Below are positions 27,230 through 38,300 of a stretch of DNA of 55,335 nt, one piece after another. The notes beneath the pieces are model-generated. The model ran no database searches and was not told the origin of the DNA. It saw only the letters and a list, made by a program, of their open reading frames with translations. Source of the DNA: a virus (taxonomy: Duplodnaviria; Caudoviricetes); IMG/VR virus record IMGVR_UViG_3300020042_002590, positions 1 to 55,335 of that record, one strand, 5' to 3'. Position 1 is the first letter of the stretch, and the number at the start of each line of letters is the position of its first letter. Made by a program: the position numbers and the translations under genes.

Positions 27230-29334
27230 AGCGCAGCTATTCTCGTCGTGAGTTATACGCATTGGGCGAACCGCTCGGTGATTCTGCGACCTACCGCAAG
27301 GCTGGTGGTTTAGTCCTTGGCGACGGCGGCGGTGGTGGTGGCGCTCCCCCTCCCCCTGATAAAACTACACAGACGGTAGAGCTTCCCGAATGGGCGCGTC
27401 CATACGCACAGAGTACCCTTGCTAAAGGCGCGGCGCTTACCGACATCAACCAAAACCCATACCAACAGTACGGCGGTAACCGTATTGCTGGGTTTACTCC
27501 AATGCAGATGCAGTCGTTCCAAGGCGCTGCAAACATGGACGCAGGCCCAAGAGGGTTTCAAGAGAATGTCGGCGGCTACATGTCCCCCTACATGCAGAAT
27601 GTGGTGGACGTTGAAAAGCGTGGGGCAATTCGTGACTATCAAATTGGTAACACCATGCAACAGGCGCAAGCCACACAGGCAGGTGCTTTTGGCGGCGGTC
27701 GTGAAGCTATCCAACGTGCAGAGCGTGAACGTGGTCTGATGGGAACTCTTGGCGGTATCCAAGCCAGAGGTGCGCAATCTGCGTTTGACCAAGCTTCAAA
27801 TCAGTTCCGCCAAGGCATTCAGCAAGGCGTAGCGGTCAATCAGTTGCAGAACCAATACGGCGGTCAAATGCAACAGCAAGCCCAGCGTCCGCTGGACATG
27901 GCGTATCAGGACTTCCTGAATCAACAGAACTACCCATACAAGCAGTTGGGCTTCATGTCTGACTTGGTGCGTGGTATGCCTTTGGGTCAGAAGTCTACAA
28001 GCACTGTGTATGAGGCCCCCGGCAGCACAATGGGTCAGCTTGCTGGCTTGGGTATGGGTGCGTATGGCTTGTCTCAAATGGGCATGAAGTTTGCCGATGG
28101 CGGTGAGATCATGGATGGCGAGTCTGTAGTTCGTTATGCAGATGGTGGTGTCACCAGCAGCCAAAACGTTGAAGGCATCCTTGAAAAACTGAGCGACCAA
28201 CAGTTACAGCAAGCAAAACAAACTGCTTTAGCTAGACGTGATGTTGAGCAAGCCAACATGATTGACGCAGAAATAGCACAACGGTCATCTATCCGCAGTG
28301 GTATTAGCGCAGCCATAACCCCTGAGTTTGCTGACCAGATGGAAGAGGGCATGGCTTCCGGCGGCATTGTTGCGTTTGCTGATCGCGGCGCAGTCGTTGA
28401 CAAAACCAAAAAGGGTATGCCAGCCGTTGTTGAGTCTGCTGTTTCTAAATTAGCAGCACAAACAGGTGAGCCTGAGCAAGACTTGAGAGCAGAGACCCAG
28501 AAGAACGTTGAGATGTTTAAACGTGATTACCAGCCTTTGCTTGACCAGATCAACAAGTCAGTTGAAGAAGCCAAGCCCGACAGTGAGGCAATTAAACAGC
28601 AGGGTTTGGGTCAGGCTCTGGCTCAGTTTGGTTTCAAGATGGCTGCTGCGGCAGCAAAACCTAAAGCTAGGTTCTTGGAAAGCGCATCAGCCGCCGCACC
28701 TGAGTTGGCAACAGCCGCCGCAAAGACACAAGACCTGATTGCGGCTCAACAGCAGAACTACAACAAGCTGAAGATGGATCAGACCAAGTACGAGGTTGCC
28801 CTGCAAAACGGCAACATGAAGGATGCCGCCATCTTGGCTGGTCAGATTCGCGCAGGTCGTCAAGCAGACAAACAACTTGCCGCAACAATGGCTCGTTACG
28901 AAGACCAGTTCAAAAACGAACAAGCACAGTTGGCTGTCCAGCGCCAACAAGTGGCTGCAACAGCAGGAAGACAGCCTGAAGATTTGCGTTCACTTGCTGC
29001 GGTACTGATGAAGAATGACCAATCCTTGACTATGTCCCAAGCTTTGGAACAAGCCTCAAAACTCAGATATGGTATGAGCGCCGATATTCGGAGTGATGCC
29101 TCGACCAAGGCGGCTTTGGCTAAAGAGTTGACGGATATTGACAAAGAGTTTCCGCCAATAACCTTGCAGGGCGACTCCAAGTTGGCGCAAAGAAGCAGGG
29201 CTGAGAGGCAGGATCGTATAAACAGGCTTTACGCAACCTATGGTATGTCACCGTCTGAAGGCGGCGCTGCGCAGGCAAGCCCAACCCAAACTCCATTAGC
29301 TCAAAAAGGGTTTAAACTTCTAGGCACGGAGTAA
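27226..29334 (+). CDS. Internal virion/ejection (DNA transfer) protein
   Basis: Gly run, LPEWARPY, YMSPYMQNVVD, AGAFGGGR, Gln-rich helices, several xxxGG motifs. Confidence 0.65.
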   Translation: MKRSYSRRELYALGEPLGDSATYRKAGGLVLGDGGGGGGAPPPPDKTTQTVELPEWARPYAQSTLAKGAALTDINQNPYQQYGGNRIAGFTPMQMQSFQGAANMDAGPRGFQENVGGYMSPYMQNVVDVEKRGAIRDYQIGNTMQQAQATQAGAFGGGREAIQRAERERGLMGTLGGIQARGAQSAFDQASNQFRQGIQQGVAVNQLQNQYGGQMQQQAQRPLDMAYQDFLNQQNYPYKQLGFMSDLVRGMPLGQKSTSTVYEAPGSTMGQLAGLGMGAYGLSQMGMKFADGGEIMDGESVVRYADGGVTSSQNVEGILEKLSDQQLQQAKQTALARRDVEQANMIDAEIAQRSSIRSGISAAITPEFADQMEEGMASGGIVAFADRGAVVDKTKKGMPAVVESAVSKLAAQTGEPEQDLRAETQKNVEMFKRDYQPLLDQINKSVEEAKPDSEAIKQQGLGQALAQFGFKMAAAAAKPKARFLESASAAAPELATAAAKTQDLIAAQQQNYNKLKMDQTKYEVALQNGNMKDAAILAGQIRAGRQADKQLAATMARYEDQFKNEQAQLAVQRQQVAATAGRQPEDLRSLAAVLMKNDQSLTMSQALEQASKLRYGMSADIRSDASTKAALAKELTDIDKEFPPITLQGDSKLAQRSRAERQDRINRLYATYGMSPSEGGAAQASPTQTPLAQKGFKLLGTE

Positions 29335-29336
29335 CC

Positions 29337-32300
29337 ATGCCAGTATACAAAGTCCAAGCGCCAGACGGTAAGGTATATCGCATTCAAGGGCCTGCGAACG
29401 CAAACCCTGAAGATTTGTTTGCCACAATTGCCGAACAAAACCCAATGGCGGCTAAAACAACCGCAGAACTGGAGTCGGCTAAATCTGCTCCTATGTCGAT
29501 TGGCGACACACTTAAGTCTCTTGGTAGCGGCGTTGTTGGCGGCGGCAAAAGCATTGTCGACTTCTTTGGCGCTGGCACTGACATATCCAAAGGTCTTGGT
29601 GAAGCGCAAAGCTACCTGCAAGAAAGCTTGTCACCAGAGCGCCAAGCAGAGATTGCCCGGCGACAGGAGTTGCAAGACCGAGCCGCCCGTTCGGGTAGCC
29701 TATTCCAAGAAGCCAAAGCGTTTATCGGTGGCGTTACTGAAGCTCCCATTCAATCCCTAGCGCAAGCCGCAGGATCGTCTGTGCCAGCTATTGTTGCTGG
29801 TATTGCAACTCTTCCCGCTTCAGCCCCTGCTGGTCTGGCGCTGGGCGTAGGAACCATAGCCAAGTTGGCTGTGGGCGCTATACAAGGCGTTGGCGAGATG
29901 AAGGGCGGCGTGTTTGATGCCGTCAAAGCCGAATACATGAAGCAGGGCAAGACTGAAAAAGAAGCTGAAGAGCTTGCCATCAAATCATCTGAGTATTCAA
30001 GAGAAATGGCTCTTCAAACTGGCGGGGCGGCTTTGCTTGGCGCATTAGATGCCGCCACAGGTGCTGAACCCGGCATTGCTAAGGCTATGCGCAAGGCATC
30101 TCCAACAGGTGCAATGACCAAAGAGGCTATTGACGCAGGCATTGGCGCATTGCCAGAAAAGGCCGTCAAAGCCCCCTCTTACCTCGGTCAGCTTGCCAAA
30201 GGCGTGGCGACAGAGGCCCCGCTTGAAGGCGCTCAAGGTGCATTTGGTCAGTATGGTGAGAATGTTGCACTGCAACCAACAGGCGCAGATGTAACCCCCA
30301 TGCAGGGTGTATTGGGTGCTGGCCTGCGAGATGCCACAGTTGGCGCTTTGTTTGGTGGTGCAGCCTCTCCGTTGGGTATGAGGTCTGCCCGTCAGGACTA
30401 CGCCACCGACCAATTCCTGCGTCAAGCCAAGGAAGATATTGAGCTTGATAAACGTGCGGCTGAATCTGAAAAGATTAAGAGTCAAGCTAGAGAGGGCTTG
30501 GGAGCAACTGGCAAACAGCTTCTCCTGCCTGCCCCCGGCAAGACCTACGAAGAGCCTAAAGACGTATTGCAAGATCCTGTCGGTCGCGTCACCGAAGACG
30601 AACTCGGCAAGGCAATTGGCAACAACACTGTCGTCAATTACCTGAACAAGTACCGCAAAGACAACAACCTGCCGAAACTGAAGTCCTACAGTATTGAGGA
30701 CATCAAAGACGCAATGACCGCCCAAAACCCAGAGGGCGAGGCTGGTGCTTTAAACAGTATTCTGGCGTATAAAACAGGATACAAGAACGAAACCTATACA
30801 CCAGAGGACATCAACAAGGTCGCTCTGGCAAAGAACGTTGCCACTGAAACCAAGGGATTTTCTGATTTCCTGACCCGGGCAACTGGCAAATCTGATTTAA
30901 ACACCATGACGCAGCCGGAGCTTCATTCGGCTTACAAGGCTTTAAATGCCCTGCCACGCGAAGGCACTGAGGCGCAACTTGTGCTGCCTGAAGGTTCTAA
31001 CGCCACACGGTTTACACAGGATCAATACAACCAAGGCGTAACCACTGCGCTGATGGGTGTGAAGCAGGGCAAGCCCGTCACCCTTGAGCAGGCTCGTAAT
31101 TCTGTCAAAGCGCAGACTGATCTCAAGACTGATCGTGACGCAGACCAAGTGCTTAGGACTGCCGCCTCAAACGAAGACTTGATCATCGAAAGAGGTACTG
31201 GCTTCCAAGCCAAAAACAAAGCTGGCGATGTTCTTGGCACATACGGAACTGAGGCAGAAGCCAAACGTAATCACCGCAGAGCCGACATTTCACCTGTTGA
31301 AACGCAAATTGTCCGTGCGCCAGAAGAGATAAAGACAGAAAAGACTGCACAACTCCCAGAAGGCTACGGCATTGAGAAGGTCGCAGAGGCTGGCGATGAG
31401 CGCCCTGCTGCCTATGTTGTACGAGCAGAAGGCTCACAAAAGAACGAATCGCAAACATTTGCTGAAGAGGTTGATGCTAAAGGTCGTTTAGCGTCGCTTA
31501 CCCGTGGACGCGAGGCAAATGCTAAGGCAAAAGAAGCTTCGGCTGACCGCATCCGCCAAGATCTTGAAAAAGAACAAGCCAAAATTGTTCAGATGGAAGC
31601 TGATGGCTTAACAGGTACATCAGAACATACAAAGGCTGTAAATGCGTTTAAAGCAGCAAACGTAACCAAGAGCGCACAGATTACCTCGCTTCTTGATGAG
31701 GCTGAGGCTTTCCGTGCGCCACTCAAGATTGTCCCGCTTGGAAAGAAAACAACCAAGGTAGAGAAGCATACGGTCACCAAGGGCGGCAAGAAGCTTGGCA
31801 CATTCCCCAATAAGACTGAAGCGGAAAAGAGCATCCTTGCTCAAGCAACTGACGCAGAACTCCAGACCATCGCTGATCGCGGCGGTGCATTTGGTAAACG
31901 CGCAGAGGTTGAGTTGGGTGAGCGTAAGCGCACCACCCCCGGCATCAAGGTCAAGGGAACTGCTGAAGGCTTAGAGAAGGCGGGTGTGCGCACCCCTGAA
32001 ACTGAAGCCAAGCTCAAGGAGTTGGAAGCCAAGTTGCTCCCGCTGCTGAAGAAGTTTGGCCTCGAACAAGTTGGTTTAAACGTTGTTCGGGCCATCGAAA
32101 ACAACGCAGAAGGCTCCTTCAAGGGTGCTGACAAGCTGATTCAAGTGGCGTTTGACGCCATCAACCCCATCAAGACCATGCGCCATGAGGCGCTACATGC
32201 CCTTAAAGAGCTTGGTTTCTTCACGCCCCAGCAGTGGAAGTCTTTGGAGAAGCAGGCCAAAGAGAAATGGATTGGCAAGTACCTTGAGAACGTCAAGTTT

Positions 32301-35300
32301 GATGCAGACACATCCCGTTTACAGGCGTACCGCAACCTTGGCCTGACCGAGGACGACATCATTGAAGAGGCAATTGCTGATGCCTTTGCTGACTTTGAGG
32401 CTGCTGGCAAAGCCCCGGCAGGTATGCTGGATGCACTGTTTAAACGCTTACAACAGTTCTTTAAGGCGCTGCGTCAGGCGTTAACCGGCGCAGGCTTTGA
32501 GTCTGCGGACGAGATCTTTGGCAAGATTGAGCGTGGAGAGTTGAAGGCCGGTAAGCAAGCTGGCGGCAAGGGAGAAAAGTTTAGTCTTGCGCCAGTGTCT
32601 TTAAACACTATCGCTGGCCCCGCGCTTAACGCCTACAAATCCGAATATCTTGATCCCATCAGTGAAGCGGTAGCCAAAGGAAACTCCAAACCAATAACAC
32701 TGAAAGACGGGACTCAGGTTAACTTGGTATTAGGCGCAGAAAAAACTGACGACACAAGAGGGGTGATTGCTGCCGTTGATCAAGAGGGCGATATTGTTGG
32801 TCGTCTTGTGTTTTACAAAAACGAAACTGAAGATGGTCGTAGGTTTGGGCCTGATGTCAACGTTAATCAAAATTTTCGTCGCAAGGGATTGGCTACAGCC
32901 ATGTACGACCTTGCGGAAGAAAATGGTGCGTTAATACCAGATTTAGAGCCAAGACAATTCCGCACCGATGAAGGCCAAGCATTCCGCGAGTCAAGAGAAA
33001 ACGCATGGAAGGCCAGCAAGCAAACAATAGAAGCCGCAGACAAGTACGAAGAAGAAAACGGTATCCGTCCATATGTGTCTGAGGGCTTCTTAGACTTGCC
33101 AACCGATGGCACAAAGTACTCTCTTCAGAAGTACAACCCTGAGAAGCATTTAAGCTTTGATGCGACGCTGGGCGTACCTATCAACAAAAACGGTTTGATC
33201 ACCCTTTACTACCACACGACCAAAGAGAATGCGGTCAAGATTGGCAACAAGAAGATCATCCCATCTGAAGGCCGTAACCGCATTTACCTGACCAACGAGT
33301 CAAACGGCGCAGATGTCTTACGCAACCGTGGAAACTTTGATCAAGAGTTTGACGGCAGCACTGTGTTGGTGTACGTCCATCCCGACATGCTTCAACTGGA
33401 TGATGTCCAAGACAATGGGCGCAGAGATTTCTTTATTCCGTTGGCGCAAGGAGACTTCTTCAACAAGAAGATGAAGCTCCAGTCCATCCAAAAATCACGC
33501 AAATCTGCGATTGTTGAGTCGTTTAGCTACAGCGACCACGAAATGCGGATTGCAGAAGCTGTTCAAAAGTACAAGGATGCAACTGCGGCAGAGCGCAAGA
33601 AGATGGTTGCCAGCGCCCGTAAGCTTTTGAAGCTTGAACATAACGTAGGCACGTTGCTGACTGAAAACGGCAAGCTGGAGAAGACTCGCGTTGGTGAGTA
33701 CGACTTGGACTGGGACGGCAACAGCGTTGCCTCTATGGGTCTTGGTCTTGCCTCTGCCCAGCAAATCTCTGAAAAGGTGTCTACCTGCCCCCGCTCAGGA
33801 ATCTGCGAAGGTTTGTGTTTGGGTGAAACATCTGGTGGTAACTTCATGTTTGGAGGAGCTGCATCTGAGGATGTGGGCGACATACAGAAGAGTTCATTCC
33901 GCGCCGCCGCAAGGATGATGCAGTACCTTAAAACAGAGGCGCTGGTCGTTCATCCCGAAGAGTTTGCAATGGTTCTTCAAGCTGAGATTGACTCACTGGC
34001 TAAATGGTGCGCATCTGAGACTCAGAACAAACGCGACCCAGAAACCAAGAAGAACGAGAAGATCGCCAAAGAGATCTATCAGCCTGCTGTGCGTTTAAAC
34101 GTTACATCTGATTTCAAACCAACAATGTTCCGGGCCATCATCGAAGCCAACCCGGACACAATGTTCTATGACTACACCAAGCTGGGTAGCGAGTCCATTG
34201 CGCCAAATCACCACTTAACCTATTCCTCAACCGGCTTTGGTCAGGTTGTAAACGGTGAAAAGGTGTTCTTCAAAGACAAGTCTGGCAAGTACGACCACAA
34301 CTGGGCCACCATGCGCTCACGTTTAAACAAGGGTCAGAACGTCGCAATGGCTTTTTCCAGCAAGTCTGGCATCCCATCGTTCTTGGTTGATGAAGAGACT
34401 GGCGAGAAGTATCGCGTGTGGAATGGCGATGATTACGATGCTCGCTTCCTTGACCCTAAACAGCCTGACGGCAAGGGTATGATCATTGGCCTGAAGAACA
34501 AGGCTGGTAACTTGAGCGAAAAGAACGCCACCGAAAAGACTGGCGGTTTCTTTGTTCAGTACGACCCCAAGACAGACGGCGACACAGTTGTTGTGCCTAA
34601 TCAAGCGCAGTTCAAAGGGTTGAAGGATATATCAGTCTCAACCGCCAAGTACAGCCTGCGCACTCCTGAAACCAAGGGGTTCAAAAACTGGGTTGGCAAA
34701 AACCCAATTATTCCTGCCGACGATACATCCAAATACAAGGGTGGCAGTGCTGTGTTCCAAGCATTTCACGGCACAACGTACAGCAACATTACTGTGTTTG
34801 ACCCAGAGCGAGGTAGCCAATTGGGCGCTCTTGGCGCTGGCCCATACTTCTCAACATCAGCCAAAGATGCAAGTGTTAATTACGCTGGCATCGGCCCTGA
34901 TTTGAAGTTGAGGATTGAGTTGCTTGCAGACAATTTAGAAGATGACTTTAATTACAACTTTGAAGACAGCAAACAAAGACTTCAAGAATATTTTGATGAC
35001 AACGACATAAAAGTTGACGTTAATGATCTTGACCCAAAAGCTGCAAAGTTTGAAGACAACTCTCCAGATAAATACTTTGAAAAAGCATCAAAGTATTTAG
35101 CCACCAAGCAACTCAAGGGCGACTCCGATGGGTTGGTTATGCCTGTTTATATCAAGTTGGAAAAACCATTTGATATGACAAGCAAGAAAATTGAGTTCAT
35201 GTATGACCCAGATTCAGAGGGTTCTGAAGTTGATGACTTTGGCAAATTAATTGACGAAGTAAAAGTTCTTGCAGATCAAATGCAAGTTGACCCCGCCAAG

Positions 35301-38300
35301 GCGCTGGATGCCATTTATGATAAGTCAGATGGCATGACCGCAAGAGAATTGCGCGATATCATTAAAGACAAAATATCACTGTATGACGATCCATACACTG
35401 GAGAGCCTTCAAGCTCTAACCAATTCATGCAGTATCTTGCAAGAGAACTTGGTTATGACGGCATCATTCAAGATGCCTCGGATGAGTACTACACAATGGT
35501 TGGCGTTGAGAGATCAAGAGATCCCAGCGCAAACAGAACATTCCATATCATGCCGTTTACACCGCAGCAGGTTAAATCTGAGACGGGTAACTCTGGCGCA
35601 TTTGATCCAACAAACAAAGATATCCGCTATAGCCTCAAAACATTCTTCCCCACCGCAGAAGCTGCTGAGAAAGCTGCGTACAAGAAAGCTCCGCCCGGAA
35701 CGGCAGAGTTTAAACGCTTCTTTGGCGGCAGCAAGGTCATGGAAGAAGGCCGTGCGCAACCTATGTTCCACGCCAGCATGGAAGACTTCAACATCTTCCG
35801 TGAGAACAGGCCAATCTTTGTCTCTCCTGACGCAGGCTTTGCCGAAGACTTCATCAAGCGCAGAATATCCGAGTCCGGCTCATTGAGCTATCTGAGTGAA
35901 GGTCAAGTCAAGAAGAAGACCGCAAAGATCTATCCTTTGTGGGTTCGTGCAGAAACTCCGTTTGATTACGACAACGACGAGCATATCCAGCAGATTGTTG
36001 GGTACTTACAAGCCAACAATCAAGTAACTGGCGGTCGCGTTCAAATGGCTGGATTGGGCTTAATGACCCCCGAAGAAATTACAAAGGGATTGAGTCAAGG
36101 TAAATGGACTGTTATTGAGGATGGCAAGACACAAGAAGCATTGAAGGCGCTTGGTTTTGATTCTTTCTACACCAGCGAGGGTGGAGCAAAGAACCTTGCG
36201 GTGTTTAAAGCCAACCAGCTCAAATCCATTACTGGAAACCTTGGTGGCTTTGATGAGAGTGGCGACATCCGCTACAGCTTAAAGAATTCTGCGTTCCATT
36301 CTGGCGATCTTGGTTATGGCGGAGATACCACCCTTGGTCGGATTGACGGCAGTAGAAGCACTGGGCATTTTGGTACAGGCGTTTACTTTGTCAGTGGAGT
36401 AGATAAGCTGGGGCTTGATAATAGGTTCTCTGGACGCTCTGACCGCCCAGTCCATCAGGTTGATTTGTCTCCATATAAACTTGCCGAGCCGCTCACTAAT
36501 TACCACGCAGAACTTTTACATGATGGTTTGAGGATCGTCAATGGCTTGGTTGGCAATAGAAGCGGGTCACGCGAAGAGATAGAAGAATATTTAAACGAAG
36601 CCACAAGGAAAATCAAGTCTGGCTTAAGCTTAAAAGAATCAGATCCTGAAATCAAAAAAATCATCTTGAGTGCTGTTAAAACAGCCAAAAGAAACAAGAC
36701 AGACGAGGTCATCCATACAAGCAAATATCTAGACTCTGCGTCCACTATGGTTATCAAGGGTCTTGGATTTGATGGCATTGATGTTCGCCGCTTAGACAAG
36801 TTTGACAATACAAAGTACGGCACTGTTGTATACCGTGAGTCACTCCCAGCCGCTGATGCTGCGTCTCAAAAATACAGCTTAAAGCCAGTCAGCGCAGACA
36901 TTGATGCCGCCATCGACAGAACCACGACAGCCCGTGAAGAGCAGGGCTTTATCGGTCGCATCCTTGAGGCAATTTTCCCCAAGTCTGCCGGTCACTTCCG
37001 TCAACAAGCTTTAAACAGATACAACCAGCTTGGTGTCTATGACAAGATGTTGGCTGAGAAGATGGGTGGAGCGGCTCTCCTTGCCGATGCAAGCGCAGAA
37101 TCTGCGGCTCTCATGTCTGATCTGTCTGCGTCTGTAACTGCCTCTGCGTTTGGATATGGCAACCGTACCGGCGGCGTACCTGTTTACAAGAATGGCTTGA
37201 CCACCATCGACACGTCCGTCAAAGGCCCAATTGCCATCCTTGCCCCGCTGGCTAGGTACAACAACCCTCGCATCTATCAACGCTACCAATTCTGGGCTGG
37301 CGTTAAGCGCGGTAAGCGCTTCATGGCTGACGGCAAAGAGAAGAACTTTGAGCAGGCAGACATTGCCCGTGCCGCGCAGTTAGAAAAAGAACATCCTGAG
37401 TTTGTTCAGATCCAAAAGGAAATGAACGAGTTCAACAATGGGTTGGTCAAGTACATGGTGCAGACAGGTGTGCTTGATCCTGCAAGAGGTCAGATATACA
37501 TGCAGCACGCAGACTACATCCCCTTCTATCGTCAGATGGATGGCGAGCGCACCATTGGCCCTAACATCTTTCAATCAATCTCAGGTGTTAGACCACCCAA
37601 GGCATTAAAGGGTAGCGAGGCTCCTGTTGCTGACTACTTGGAAACCATTGTCCGCAACACCCAGTCAGCCATACAGTCAGGCATGAAGAACGTTGCCGCA
37701 CAAAGAGCGGTTGGTGTTGCTGAAAAGATTGGCTTGGCGCAGCGTTTAAACACACAGGATTCAGGCCCAGACACCGTGCAGGTTATGGAGAAGGGTGTTC
37801 GCGTCTCTTACCGCGTGGCTGACCCGTTGTTTATCGATGCCTGCCGCAGTTTAAACCTGCCTGACTTACCATTTATGGGTCTTCTGGCTGCTCCTGCCGA
37901 CATTTTGCGCAACTTGGTGACCAAAGATCCCGGCTTTATGTTGGCAAACATGATGCGTGACTCCCTGTCTTCATGGGTTACCAGCGGGGCAAACGTAACA
38001 CCCCTCATAGGAACGATGTCCGGCTTTGCAAAAGCTTTGTCCGGCAAGTCCGCAAGCATGGAGGCTCTTTTAAACGCAGGTATTCTGGGAGGTTATGAGT
38101 TCTCCTCCGGTGTGCTGAAGAGCGGAGAGGTGCTGGCTGCGGACATGAACAAGAAGTACGGCAAGGCGACCGGAGCCAAGGTTCTTCTCAAGCCGTTTAC
38201 ATCGTTGTGGGATGCGTTGGAAAAAGGTACTGAGGCATCTGATGCCGCAACCCGTATTGCAATCTATGAGCGAGTCTTGGCTGACACAGGCAATGAGGCG

